Source of the DNA: Octopus vulgaris
Taxonomy: Eukaryota
Assembly (NCBI GenBank): GCA_951406725.2
Contig: OX597830.1
Span: 27,032,001 to 27,096,000, forward strand
Direction: 5' to 3'
Length of the DNA stretch: 64,000 nt
Shown: positions 51,882 through 64,000 of the stretch, piece by piece
How the letters are laid out: the number at the start of each line of letters is the position of its first letter
Position numbering within the stretch: position 1 is the first letter of the stretch
Program-made: the position numbers and the translations under genes
The notes under the pieces: generated by a model
What the model was told of the DNA's origin: nothing
What the model saw: the letters and a program-made list of their open reading frames with translations, nothing else
The model's database searches: none

Positions 51882-52088
51882 CAGAATCGTTAGTATGCCG
51901 AACAAAATGCTAAGCGGCATTTCGTCTGCCTTTATGTTCTAAATTCAAATTCCGCCGAGATTGACTTTGCCGTGCCATTCATCCTTTCAGAGTCGATAAA
52001 ATAAGTACGGGTTGAGTACTGGTATAAATGTAACAGATTTAGTCCTACCCCTTAAATTGCAGGCGTTGTGCCAATATTTGAAACCATT
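51882..52088 (+). mobile_element. SINE family C (diverged copy)
   Basis: cagaatcgttagtatgccgaac..ttcaaattccgccgag..catcctttcagagtcgataaaataagtac. Confidence 0.8.
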
Positions 52089-52709
52089 CTCCAAATCCTT
52101 ACTTTTCGCTGATTAAACAGTTTAAAACATATCGTGTAAAAAAATATTTTCGGAAGTAAGGACAATAATGGATTTCCCATTAAGGCTACATGGCGGTGTA
52201 AACCATAGTATATTGCCATTGTTATTGCAGTCTTATTGTTTTAGACAGCAGGAAGATAGTGATAACTGTAAAAATAAAAAAAGTTATGTCAATGCTCCCC
52301 AAACCGAATCGCTGGCATACTAAACTACAGTCCAGGTAGAAAGAGAAATATTTAGGCTGAACAAAGAATACATAGGCAATACTTTTTTCCTTTTGCTTCA
52401 TTCGAATGTGCTAATTGCTTTTTAAATACAAATATATACATAGCTGAGGTGTGAACGAATCTAGATGTAAAACGGCGAAAAGACGTGTAAAAGAAATGTG
52501 AGAGAGGATGAATAGGATACCCAGCAAGGAGAAGGTTAGATTAAACTAGTGATGTCCTGTTACCTGGATAGCTAAGATTATAATTACAAATTTAGAAAAT
52601 ACTGAGGTGATTCAATTGCTTTAATTGACATAGAAACATATTTAATGGGTTTAAAAATTGAATATGAATAATAGCTTCATAACGATTTTAATAGTGTATT
52701 AAGATATTT

Positions 52710-52751
<42 letters not shown>

Positions 52752-52759
52752 CAGAGGGA

Positions 52760-52797
<38 letters not shown>

Positions 52798-54171
52798 TTA
52801 AATCAGAAAATGAATCGCAGACTAAAAGGTCAGATATATAGCATATGACATGTTCTAGAAATAACGTTAATTTGGGTGAGAGAGTGAGTGAATGAGAGAG
52901 AGGGAGAGAGAGAGACAGAGAGAGAGAGACATACAGACAGGCACACAGACAGACAAATAAATGGATAGACAGATATATAGATAGATAGATAGAGAGGGAG
53001 AGATAGATAGAGAGAGAGAGAGATAAAATAAAAAAGATATACGCTTTATACATGGATTGTTTTCTGTAATCTTTGTATTCTATTCGCCCCGTCGACGGCG
53101 GGTTATCGTAAATATTTTATGATTCATCTTAACTTCCACAAAAATTGAAGAGTAATATGATGCTTTTTAAGCTGCTAACTTATAATTCTCAGTGCATTTC
53201 TTTTCCTTTTAATGATAATCATTGTAGAGGCGCATAACTATATTATTGTAGTCACTAATATTGAATCTACAAGTTTCCATGGTGATTAAAACAACTGCAT
53301 CTCTTCATAAATTTAATTATTAGTCTTGGTGGCTGAACTACAAGAAAGCGCTCAAATAACTTACCTTCCCACACCATTGAACAGCGGTATTTTCTGCTTT
53401 CAACTTCATTCCTCCCAGCATTTTTCATCTTATTACAACAACTTTATACAAAGTTCCATTATTTAAAAATTGTAACTAATTCTCAAGTACCGAAAGGGGA
53501 AATCTGCGATCACTGTAAATTTGGGAAAATCTTAAAAAGATATATTTGTATTATTGTGCAGACCGTCATTTGTTGTTTGTACCAAAACACAATACACATT
53601 ATTGTATTGAAAACACGACTGTGTTCTAGTTTCATCTTTTGTAGAGAGACTATTATTTTTAATATTTTCGTATAAAATTCACGTTGCTCGTATGAAAAAA
53701 GTAAATACCCCAAATCCACCATAAAAGTTTCCATATCTTACATTCATAGTCTCATTTACATCTTGAGTTAAGGCTGGTACACCACACATTGGCGATTATT
53801 CATATTAGGATGGATACTATGGTATTTTAGTGTTGGATTTATATGTTATCAGTCAAGTATTCTTATGTTGCTTGTCATGCATGTACATGGCATGCAAGAC
53901 CAGTTTGGCATTGTGCTGTTAAGAAGAATGATTCCATAATTTCTCCAAATGCAAATATATTAAAACGCGTTCATAAAAGAGAAAAGAGAAAAGAAAAAAA
54001 GATGTATTTTGAACACAAATGTGTTCTGAAAATCGTATTGAAAACGAAAAAGCTTTTCTTCAATTTGAACAATGACAAATATATATTTTTATACATGAAT
54101 TTTTGTAATACCCGTTGCGAGTTCCTGATATATTAATAATCTTATTTTTATTTCTGTTTTATAATACTAAA

Positions 54172-54202
<31 letters not shown>

Positions 54203-54804
54203 CCATGTATGTATGTGTGTGTGTATATATATTATGTATGTATGTATATATGAATATATATATAAAGGTGTTAAATGACCACCTAAGGGATATTAAATAT
54301 TCAAAGAATTCACTGTCTTTTTGCCGATATAAATAACAATGTTATGATCTATTGCTCTTAACAAATAGGTAAATAAATAAATAAAATAAACATACAGAAA
54401 TATATATTAGAAATGGAAACCAAAATAATAAATTCAACAATAAAATAATTCAATCTTTAAATGATAAATTCAGTTCAATTTTATTTTGTTATACAAACAA
54501 ATAACTCATCTAGTAACTTAGCTGATGCCACACCATTGATAAAAGCAAGTTTTTCAAGAATAATGAAACATCGTTTGAAATATAATGAGATTTCATCAGA
54601 GAGATATATCTTCTTAAATACCTTACGAAAAATAGCGCATGAAAATTTTTCTAACTGCTAACGCTTTTAAAAAAAAAAATCTTTTAAAGAGCGAGTTCAA
54701 TCGTAAATAAATAATCTAACTGAAAGTTCGTAAATTCCTAAATTTAAATCTATTAGTATCTAGTTCTATAACCGATTTTGTTGCATAATACATACATTCA
54801 TATA

Positions 54805-54884
<80 letters not shown>

Positions 54885-55060
54885 AATACGTACACCACTC
54901 TATTTTTGTATATATACATACACATACACGTACGTCTACATACATGCATATTCATATGTACAAGTTTACTTATTCATACACACACACACACATATATATA
55001 TACATACATACATACATACATACATACACACACACACAGACGCACACATATATATATATA

Positions 55061-55266
55061 CTTTATTTTAAGCAGCAGAAAATTCAACAAAATCTGTTAC
55101 TCTGAGTTTCTCGTTGCCGTTCATCAGACAGATGAACTGCAACGAGAAACTCAGAGTAACAGATTTTGTTGAATTTTCTGCTGCTTAAAATAAAGCATAT
55201 TACTCTACCACTGGTATTTGAGTACTCTTTTCTCCACCTTGTTTCACATTTATGTGTTTACTCCGG
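55061..55266 (+). mobile_element. Penelope-like mini-element with ~65 bp fold-back arms (55061-55195) and a hammerhead-like motif, in (TA)n
   Basis: Minus strand 55094-55131 reads cugu-CUGAUGA-acggcaacga-GAAAC-ucaga-GUA-acag; same family as 10748-10897. Confidence 0.7.
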
Positions 55267-55300
<34 letters not shown>

Positions 55301-55599
55301 CATATGCAAGTCCATACACACATGTATATATATTTATGGTAAAACATTAGTTTATATTTTAATTCAAATCTAAATAAAGAGATTTATAATATAAATTAAA
55401 CTTACAACTTATTCAAGTCATACTTTAAAGTAAATAGAGGGGAAATAACTATTTTTCCATTTTTAGAAACAAAACGAAGAACGAAATTAACATTTTTACA
55501 TATGATGTTTTGTAATACTTATTATGATTTGTTGTTAAATAAAATATTTACATTTTAATATTACTTGTTAGTTTTTATTACTGAAATAAACAGTTTACA

Positions 55600-55870
55600 T
55601 TTGTGTCTCAAGTCCCAGATATGGTTAACTTATCTTGTGGTTTTTCTCTTATCCATATGTCGGAAGGACGAATGCACGCTACGCACCATTAAGATAATCG
55701 TGGAACGATTCATTCCATGCGTTAATAGACAAAGGAGATGCAGACTTTGTTTAGCCGAAAGATCTATCCTTTTTAGATCTGAGATATTTATTAAAAATTC
55801 ACAAGTTTCTTTTGTTGAACGGGAGGACACCATCCTCTTCGGTTTAAGCATACAGTCTCACAAACTATGA
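55600..55870 (+). mobile_element. Remnant of a Naiad-type GIY-YIG C-terminus
   Basis: KIIVERFIPCVNRQRRCRLCLAERSIL resembles WEIVRRAIPYKNSRVGCQLCSMET in the 13042 ORF. Confidence 0.55.
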
Positions 55871-56420
55871 CTTTCTCCCTGTTACATTCATTTATACAGA
55901 AACCGTTTTAGAATTGATTCGAATGGGCACAAAGGACGCAACTTTCAAATTTCTGGGGTTTTTTTCTCATCCACTTTTATTTGACCCTCTCCCTCTAGTC
56001 GTTTCTCATGTTCCTTCTGTTTTCATCAGATCTATAAGAGATTAGGGTGGGATACCAATCAGGAGTTCAGATTGCCGAGGAAGATTATATGAGCGTTTAA
56101 CAGGGCCTTTCGTGTGCAAAAAATGACCTTGAATTTTAAATGGACATTCACTTCCTTCATCAGCTTGATTGCCTACTCGAATAAATTATTATATGGTTTG
56201 TGTAAATTGCTTCACAGGGAGAAGGCTAAAGTTTGTGAGACTGCATACTTAATTCAGAGAGGGTGGTATTCTCCAGTTCAACAAAATAAATTTGTCCATG
56301 TTTACAGTTACTAAAAATCTCAGATCTGGAATTCTTGTCTCAATTACGAAAGTACATATAAACTCTTTATACTTATGCATGCATACATGTGTGTGTTTGT
56401 AGAAGTAAAACAAAAACGAA

Positions 56421-56585
56421 GGAGTGGCTGTGTGGTAAGTAGCTTGTTTACCAACCACATAGTTCCAGGTTCAGTCCCAGTGCGTGGCACCTTGGGCAAG
56501 TGTCTTCTACTATAGCCTCGGGCCGACCAAGGCCTTGTGAGTGGATTTGGTAGACGGAAACTGAAAGAAGGCCGTCGTATATATG

Positions 56586-56640
<55 letters not shown>

Positions 56641-56884
56641 GTGTGTGTGTGTGTGAGTTTGTGTATGCTTGTGTGTCTGTGTTTGTCACCCCAACATCGC
56701 TTAGCAACCGATGCTGGTGTGTTTACGTCCCCGTAACTTAGCGGTTCGGCAAAACAGACCGATAGAATAAGTACTAGGCTTACAAAGAATAAGTCCTGGG
56801 GTCGATTTGCTCGACTAAAGGCTGTGCTCCAGCATGGCCACAGTCACATTACTGAAACAAATAAAAGAGTAAAAGAGTAAAGAG
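56421..56884 (+). mobile_element. SINE family A, full length
   Basis: A box gtggctgtgtggtaag, B box ggttcagtccc, internal TA/TG array, (aaagagt)n tail. Confidence 0.9.
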
Positions 56885-57292
56885 TTCGTTTACATAATAT
56901 TTAGTATAATGTAGTTTAGTATAATATATGATATTTGCCATATTATGCGATATAAGTAAAATTAAATAGAAAAAAGCTGGAAAAATCAGAAACATCGAAA
57001 ACGAAACAGTGTATATGTATGAATAAATGAGTAAATAAGAAAATGAAAAAATATATCATGAGGAGAATAACGGTGGTGATGCAGGAAGATAGAAAGAGAG
57101 TATATAAAGAAGCAATAAAGGTTGTATTTAAATATGTTTATGGGTAACAGTTTGGGCAGCAATAATAACGGTGCTTGAAGAAAGAAAATGAAAAGACTCG
57201 TAATAATAGTTAGAATTCATAAAATAACGGTAAAAATAATAATAATGTTGATGATGATGATGATGATGACGATGCCGATGATGATGATAACG

Positions 57293-57372
<80 letters not shown>

Positions 57373-57377
57373 CATAT

Positions 57378-57766
57378 TGACAAATTATATAAATATAAGG
57401 ACCTGAAAATTGAAATACAAAATATATGACATCTTAAAGCGAGAACTGTTCCTGTTATTGTGGGTGCTTTAGGTATGATAAAAAAAGGGAAGTCAGAAAC
57501 ATCTAGATAACATCCCAGAAGATCCATGTCTCAGAGAAATCCAAAAATTGAGCTGACAAGTACTATCCACATCCTTAGAAAAACCCTATCCACTTAAATG
57601 TCTGCGTTGTATTACATGAAGATATTTCGCTACTGTCCCTGCCATTTTACCTCCCTAAGATTTCAGTCATACTATAACATCTCTTATCCTTCGCTTGCCC
57701 TAGATCGCTGGGTGCGTTCTCGGCAAGTGATTGTAACAAACATGCAGATTAAAAGTAAAAACTAGT
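57378..57766 (+). mobile_element. R4/Dong family 3, 3' end, followed by (TAA)n
   Basis: KYKDLKIEIQ..ARTVPVIVGALGMIKK..LREIQKIELTSTIHILRKTLST*, 3' UTR, then taataataataat. Confidence 0.8.
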
Positions 57767-57976
57767 AATAATAATAATAATGGGTATTGCTCATATACTA
57801 CGGAAAGCACTCTCCATCTAAAGTGAAATAAATATGGTGGTAATTTTAGCATGCATAGCAAAACAAAAGTGCCCTTACTACTCTTGGTCTCCAGAGGCGG
57901 CACAGAACTAATGCAGCTGAAATAAAGTTATAATGGAATGAAACTATAAATGATGATGATGATGATGATGATAACG

Positions 57977-58032
<56 letters not shown>

Positions 58033-58062
58033 GATGATGATGATGACGATGATAATGATGAC

Positions 58063-58130
<68 letters not shown>

Positions 58131-58351
58131 CGACGACGATGATTAATGACTGAAATAATTAAAAGAGTATATATATGCTTTCGGTGAAAATGTTTTGTTA
58201 TTCGGAGCGAAGTTTTACAATCCTGTAAATATAAATGTCATTTATATAAGCTTATAATTTATAGCGATCACCTTGCAATGACTAAGGAAATAGTATAATA
58301 ATGTGGCATATTAGCCCCCGAAAGAAAAAAGTAAGCTTCCCCAGCCGCATC

Positions 58352-59616
58352 GGACCCGAACACCACATACCTTTGCTAACGCGACTAAGTGTAATATATA
58401 GTTTTTTTGTTTTTTTATTTGTAAACAAACTTCCGTATGCTTTCTGTGGTTTTGTACGCGACATGGTGAACCATACGTGCACGACGTATAATCTCGACGT
58501 GGTAAAATCATATCAAGATAAACAGCACATGACCTTGCAGGTGGGGCCTAATTAAAATTTTCTTCGGGTCAAGTAGCCGAAACCGTTCAAAAGGTCCTTC
58601 AACAGGGGTTGTTTAAGTAAGTTGAACGAAACATCTATGTTCCTAGAGGTGAATTATCCAAACCCCAAAGAATTCCTCTCAACATATGATTCTCTCTACT
58701 ACTCTGGTAGTGATCTGAGATACGCATATCGTCAGCCACTAAGGGACATGTTCAACTGGTTATGGTCAAACAGCTGTAGTATTGAGCAGAATATTTGCAG
58801 TAGCCCATCTTCTTCTTCTTCTTCTTCTTCTTCTTATTATTATTATGGAGGACTTTTCGGTCGAGAACTATCATAGATAATTTCCAGATATCCTTGGCCT
58901 GCAGTGCTACTTGGGAGGGGGCACTACCGGCTCGGGACAAGTTCTGCAGGCACGGATGTACTGACAGACGGTCTTGTCCGAGTTGCGCGCAGTGATGAAA
59001 CCGTTCTGCACGCCCACGTTTAGTGTCCGGGCATTGCTGACTTGTAGGGTATATCTTGAACAGCTGCTGTCACGTGTGGAACGGATCCGTTTATTGGCCG
59101 AGTCTGTACGGATAATTGTACCGCCGCCCTCCTACGATCGGGCAGACAAGGCCGTTTTCCTTTGACTGGTGACGGGCGAAAGAGACTATTTGGTGAACAA
59201 GGCTGAAAGGTATGAGGATAAATACATTCCTCTTTGGTAGAGTTCTCATTGACTTCTTCAAGTTCCACTTGAAAAGGAAATTGAAAGTGTAGATGCAAGA
59301 GCTGTCCTCGAGTGAGTTTATTGAAAGGTGGGTAAAGGTTGCGAAAATGGCCAGAGTTGATGGTAACTCTCTAAGTTTAGACCTGTGAGTGGAAGAGAAG
59401 GAATTGGAGAGGGCACTTACTCATAGGGTTTCAGAAAAATCTCGGACGGTGGGGTTCCTCGATTATCCCTAGAAACGTTCCTGTACAGGAGGACCACATC
59501 TCTATCATCCCCTCCACCATCACCTTTTCTCTTTGTACCTCTGTGTGCTATGCATGTCTCCTATTTTCCAGCGTATACCGTATATATTTTTCTTTTATTA
59601 TTTCTTTGTTATATGT
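58352..59616. repeat. Inverted segmental duplication, right copy (Tx1 3' fragment on + at ~58848-59616)
   Basis: Reverse complement of 33334-34589 with scattered substitutions and small indels. Confidence 0.92.
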
Positions 59617-59919
59617 GAAGGCGCATGGCTCAGTGGTTAGAGCGTCGAGCTTACGAACGTGAGGTTGTGAGCTCGAATCCCGGACCGGGCTGCGTGTTGT
59701 GTTCTTGAGCAAGGCACTTTATTTCACGTTGCTCCAGTTCACTCAGCTGTAGAAATGAGTTGCGACGTCACTGGTGCCAAGCTGTATCGACCTTTGTCTT
59801 TCCCTTGGATAACACTGGTGGCGTGGAGAGAGGAGGCTGGTATGCATTGGCGACTGCTGGTCTTCCATAAACAACCTTGCCCGGACTTGTGTCTAGGAGG
59901 GTAACTTTCTAGGTGCAAT
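59615..59919 (+). mobile_element. SINE family D
   Basis: tggctcagtggttagagc (A box) and gctcgaatccc (B box). Confidence 0.9.
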
Positions 59920-60268
59920 ACCGGCAGATGACAACATGTCTCTAAAAGAAATGGAGAAACTCTCAAAATACAAAGACCTGGAAATAGAGGTAATCAGAAT
60001 GTGGAATCTAAAAACAGAAACAATTCCTATCATGGTAGGTGCATTAGGCATGATAAAAAAATATTCAGACAAATACATAACAAAAACACCAGGACTTACA
60101 AACACATATAACATACAGAAATTGCACTACTAGGCACTGCACACATCCTACGCAGTACACTTTCCATACAATAACCATCAGAGCATCACAACAAATCACA
60201 GCACATACCTAAGGCACACAGAGCTGCGCTCGGTAGTGAAGTGAAAGCACGCTATAAAAATAAAACTA

Positions 60269-60272
<4 letters not shown>
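59916..60272 (+). mobile_element. R4/Dong family 1, 5'-truncated copy followed by (TAA)n
   Basis: About 11 differences from 723-1080 counted by eye; identical 3' junction aaaactactg-(AAT)n. Confidence 0.92.
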
Positions 60273-60360
<88 letters not shown>

Positions 60361-60367
60361 TAATAAC

Positions 60368-60438
<71 letters not shown>

Positions 60439-60467
60439 GAGATTACACCGCGGGAGTTATTTTTTAA

Positions 60468-60746
60468 GCTTAGTACTTATTCTAGCAGATACTTTTTGCT
60501 GAACTGCTAAGTTATTGAGGTGTAAACATATCAACACCTGTTGTCACATGGTGATGAGGTACAAACAAAGACACACACACACACAGACACATTTGATGGG
60601 CTTCTTTCAATTTCTGTCTATCAAATCCATTCACAAGGCTTTGGGCAGCCCGAGGCTGTAGTAGAAGACACTTGCCCAAGGTGTCACGCAGTGGGACTGA
60701 ACCCAGAGCCATGTGGCTGGGAAGCTAGCTTCTTACCACACAGCCA
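60468..60746 (-). mobile_element. SINE family A (diverged copy)
   Basis: gtagaagacacttgcccaaggtgtcacgcagtgggactgaacc..taccacacagcca. Confidence 0.85.
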
Positions 60747-60945
60747 TTGGAACATTTCATGTGAAGTATGCCTTTTGTTAGCACTAGTTATTGAATCCAT
60801 ATTTGACTTGGAAAATAGTTTCTGCATTTGTCCAGAGTTAGCACCCTAAATGCTCAAAATCATTTTAGGTGTTTATTGATCCCTTGGATATCTCATAGGC
60901 TGTCTAGGGGTTCAGTACAAGCCACTTTGCTGATCCTTGCTTTAA

Positions 60946-61152
60946 CCTTTTAACATTCAGATTGCTCTGTCAAAGGTAATCTTTATTTAGTCATATTATT
61001 TTGAATTAATCATGCATTATCTTGTAGCTTTGAGATTTTGAATATGTGATTGTTTCTTTTTAGAATGACATTGTTGGGTAAGTCTGAGAGGCTAGATCTG
61101 GCTACTTTGAGCATAAAATAGGTAGAGTATTTGGACCAGATATGTTAAAGGG
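60946..61152. mobile_element. piggyBac-type MITE
   Basis: TTAA|ccttttaacat ... atgttaaaggg|ATAA: short TIRs with a TTAA-like TSD (one side mutated). Confidence 0.65.
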
Positions 61153-62610
61153 ATAATGTATTTACTCTCTGGTTGGCAGGCTCCTTTCTCATTTCTTGAT
61201 AAATTTCAAAATAATTTTGAAATTATTCATGTTTTTTTATTTATTTACTAAATTGAATATTTAGTATTTCACGGAATTAAACATATTGGGTTATTTCTGA
61301 AAACATTATCGAAAAAGTCTTAAAGCGTAGCCTGTGTTGTGTCTGTATGGAAAAATAGTTGCTCATCTGCTACTCATTGAAAAATGAACGAAATTGGAAT
61401 ATGATGATTACTTAAGGCATTTTATATATACACTTTATATACTTTATGCCCAATTTTATAGACTTAATACACAGCACTTGTAAAATAAATGTTCACTCTT
61501 ATTTTTCTATTTTTCCCTTAAACAAAAAAGAAATGTCTCTTACATATGATACAACCTTTAGATAAATTGCATATATCTGCCATGTAAATAAGTGTGAATA
61601 TTTCATGGAATTGCACTTGTACGCATGTGTTAAGTGATTGGTGATTTAAAAAACTTAGTTCAATTAAAAAAATACTATCCAATCATCATTACCACCTCCA
61701 TCATCTCTCTCTCTCTCTTCCCCTCTCTCTCTCTCTCTCTCTCTCCCCCCTCTCTGTCTGCTTTTCTTTAGCCTCATCATCAGAACATCGCCCCTCTGCT
61801 AAAATTATATTTTTAACTCTCCTCCTCTATACCATCACTACTTTCAACTAACTTTTTTAACCACGTGATGAATATTACATCCCCCCTACCTCTTGTTATG
61901 GATGCTTCTCTCTCCCTCTTTCTGTCTCTCACTTTGCCTTATCCTCTTTTTCTTTCTCGTTTTCCTTTCTCTTCTCTTTTCCTTTAAATAATCATGTGAA
62001 AGTTTTACAATTACCTTCCCTCTGCCTCACAACTCCCTCCCTCTTTTCTTTCTCTTTTTCTCTAATCATATGAAAGTGTTACTGATGGGCTAAGTAACAC
62101 AATGACAAGTAAAATTATCATAAGATTTATTTTTTTACCTTTTATCCTCTCTTAATTGCAGAATGAATTAAAGACTTCATTCGCAGCTCAAGAGCGTGAA
62201 GGAAAGAAAAGACAAGAGATGAACAAATTACTCCTTCGAAGTCCCACCAATCAACATCAGATTGTATCCTCTAAGGCAATGATATATATTTATATTCATC
62301 TTTTTTTTTATTTGATTATTTCATATTTTCTAATTTATCATTTTTAATTTCATTCAATTTTTTTTATTCAATTATTTGTTAATTATTTTTATTTAATTAT
62401 TTATCATTTCCTGCATGAGGCATGAGTTGGGGTGGGTGGGATATCTTTATTCTATTATTATTATTGTTATTTTTGTTGTGTCTTGGGAGAGTCATAGCAC
62501 CAATAACACACACACGGGTTCAATTCCACTTCTTTATTATTGTTAGTCAATTAATTAAATATCTAACTGATTAGTTGATTGTTTTTTTAACTTGTTAGTT
62601 AAACATACAA

Positions 62611-62657
<47 letters not shown>

Positions 62658-62723
62658 ACTTGTGGTTAATAAAGCAATCATTATTATTATTATTGCTATT
62701 ATTGCTATTATTATTATTATTAT

Positions 62724-64000
62724 TCTTTCTTTCAAAGCTGACGGACGTGTCTCCAGAAGCAGCGTAAGTTTTGCACCATTTGTATTGGAAATTTATTTAA
62801 AAGTCTAAATATTTTTGAATATTTTTGTAGCCAAGCCAACTAACTTCTTGCGGAGCTAGTTGGCTAGGCAAAATTTTACCCCATTGGGGGTAAAATTACG
62901 TTTTGAATTTTTGAACATTTTAAAAATTACAAATACATTTTTTAAAAAATGGCTATGAAGCGAACAGTCGGCTGTTCCCTTCTCTCAACTCCATGCTTTC
63001 CGCAAACACACACATTGTCACAAAAACACCCACTTCACGCCATAAAAGGCAACAAAGATCCTCCTTCCGAACCGGAGAGCACGCGCTCCGTTCGAAAAGA
63101 GAATACAAACCAGGACGTCACGTTCGATGTCAGTCTCGATTTCCCCCTCTGCCTTCAACCAGTGCTATGGTACCGAAGGAGGAGGAAGGAAAAACCATTA
63201 CCAACATTAACACAAACATGAACACAGATAAAAGTGAAAAAACTTCCAACGGTTTTGCTTCTGCTGCGAAGCAAATTTCGGACGAAGTAAAGATCACATT
63301 ACAAGATATCAAAAAGGCGAAGGCGTTATTGAGGAAAGATGGCAATAGCATCTTCCTCAATACTCCACAAGAAGTAATTGACGAAACCAATAAAAAAACA
63401 ATTACATACAAAATTTTCGACAAGAAACTTTAAAAAATGACAAACGCCACACCCCAACAGTTGGAAATAGCTCTAAAGCCCATTTGGGGCCAAAAGAGCT
63501 ACGTCACCCAGGGGAAGCGTTTCGGAACCGTAGAGGTTCGTTTTCGAACGGAAGAAGAAGCAAGGGAGCACTCCATTTCGCCCTTGCAAACATAAACTTT
63601 GTTACTTATTCCAACCCACCTCGGGCGAAGGGTAACAAAAATAAAAATTGATCTCGTCCCCCCTGAACTCGATATGTCATGGCTGGTGGCAGCTGTCCTC
63701 TATGACATAGAGGACACTACAACTATTCTGGTTGTCAGGAGAGTCAGGAAAAAAACTGGTTAGGGATGGGAGTGCTGCTTCTTGCTCAGATTCAGCAAGA
63801 GAATATGAACAAGATCCCAGATTTCGTCAATTTGCCGGACAGCACCAGGCTACACGTTGCTGTGGAGGGGCGATAGCCAAAATGTTTCCTCTGCAGCAGC
63901 GAAAGCCACCTTAAAAGGGACTGCCCCATTCAGAAGAAAAGAATGGAGGCAAACAGCAAGAGGCAGCAACAACAACAACAGAAACAGCACGAAACACCAA
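62724..64000 (+). mobile_element. 5' end and ORF1 (degenerate) of a Tx1/L1-type LINE, starting right after (ATT)n
   Basis: FASAAKQ; GKRFGTVEVRFRTEEEA; IPTHLGRRVTKIKIDLVPPE; VAVEGR*PKCFLCSSESHLKRDCP (CCHC gag knuckle); poly-Q tail. Contains stops and frameshifts. Confidence 0.75.

Overview
AT-rich, repeat-dense animal genomic DNA. A cephalopod (octopus-like) source is inferred from the SINE families and the very abundant (TA)n/(TACA)n/(CA)n/(TAA)n microsatellites. Most ORFs in the supplied track are microsatellite artefacts. One host gene is supported: a + strand multicopper oxidase (laccase-like) with all catalytic domains in one ~2 kb exon (ATG 45391, donor after 47386). A small phase-matched downstream exon (50528-50643) adds a transmembrane anchor, while read-through of the donor would give a soluble form. 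The rest is mobile DNA: a very young, near-intact Penelope-like (Naiad-type) retroelement with direct and inverted pseudo-LTRs and three hammerhead ribozymes (11295-16758); two decayed Naiads; several R4/Dong RLE-LINEs at (TAA)n; Tx1/L1-type LINEs at (ATT)n; a HERO-like 3' end; four tRNA/Nin-type SINE families; a Helitron; a piggyBac-type MITE; and many (TA)n-embedded fold-back mini-elements carrying hammerhead-like motifs, some with non-canonical cores. A ~1.26 kb composite segment is duplicated in inverted orientation on either side of the laccase. All alignments, translations and folds were done by eye.
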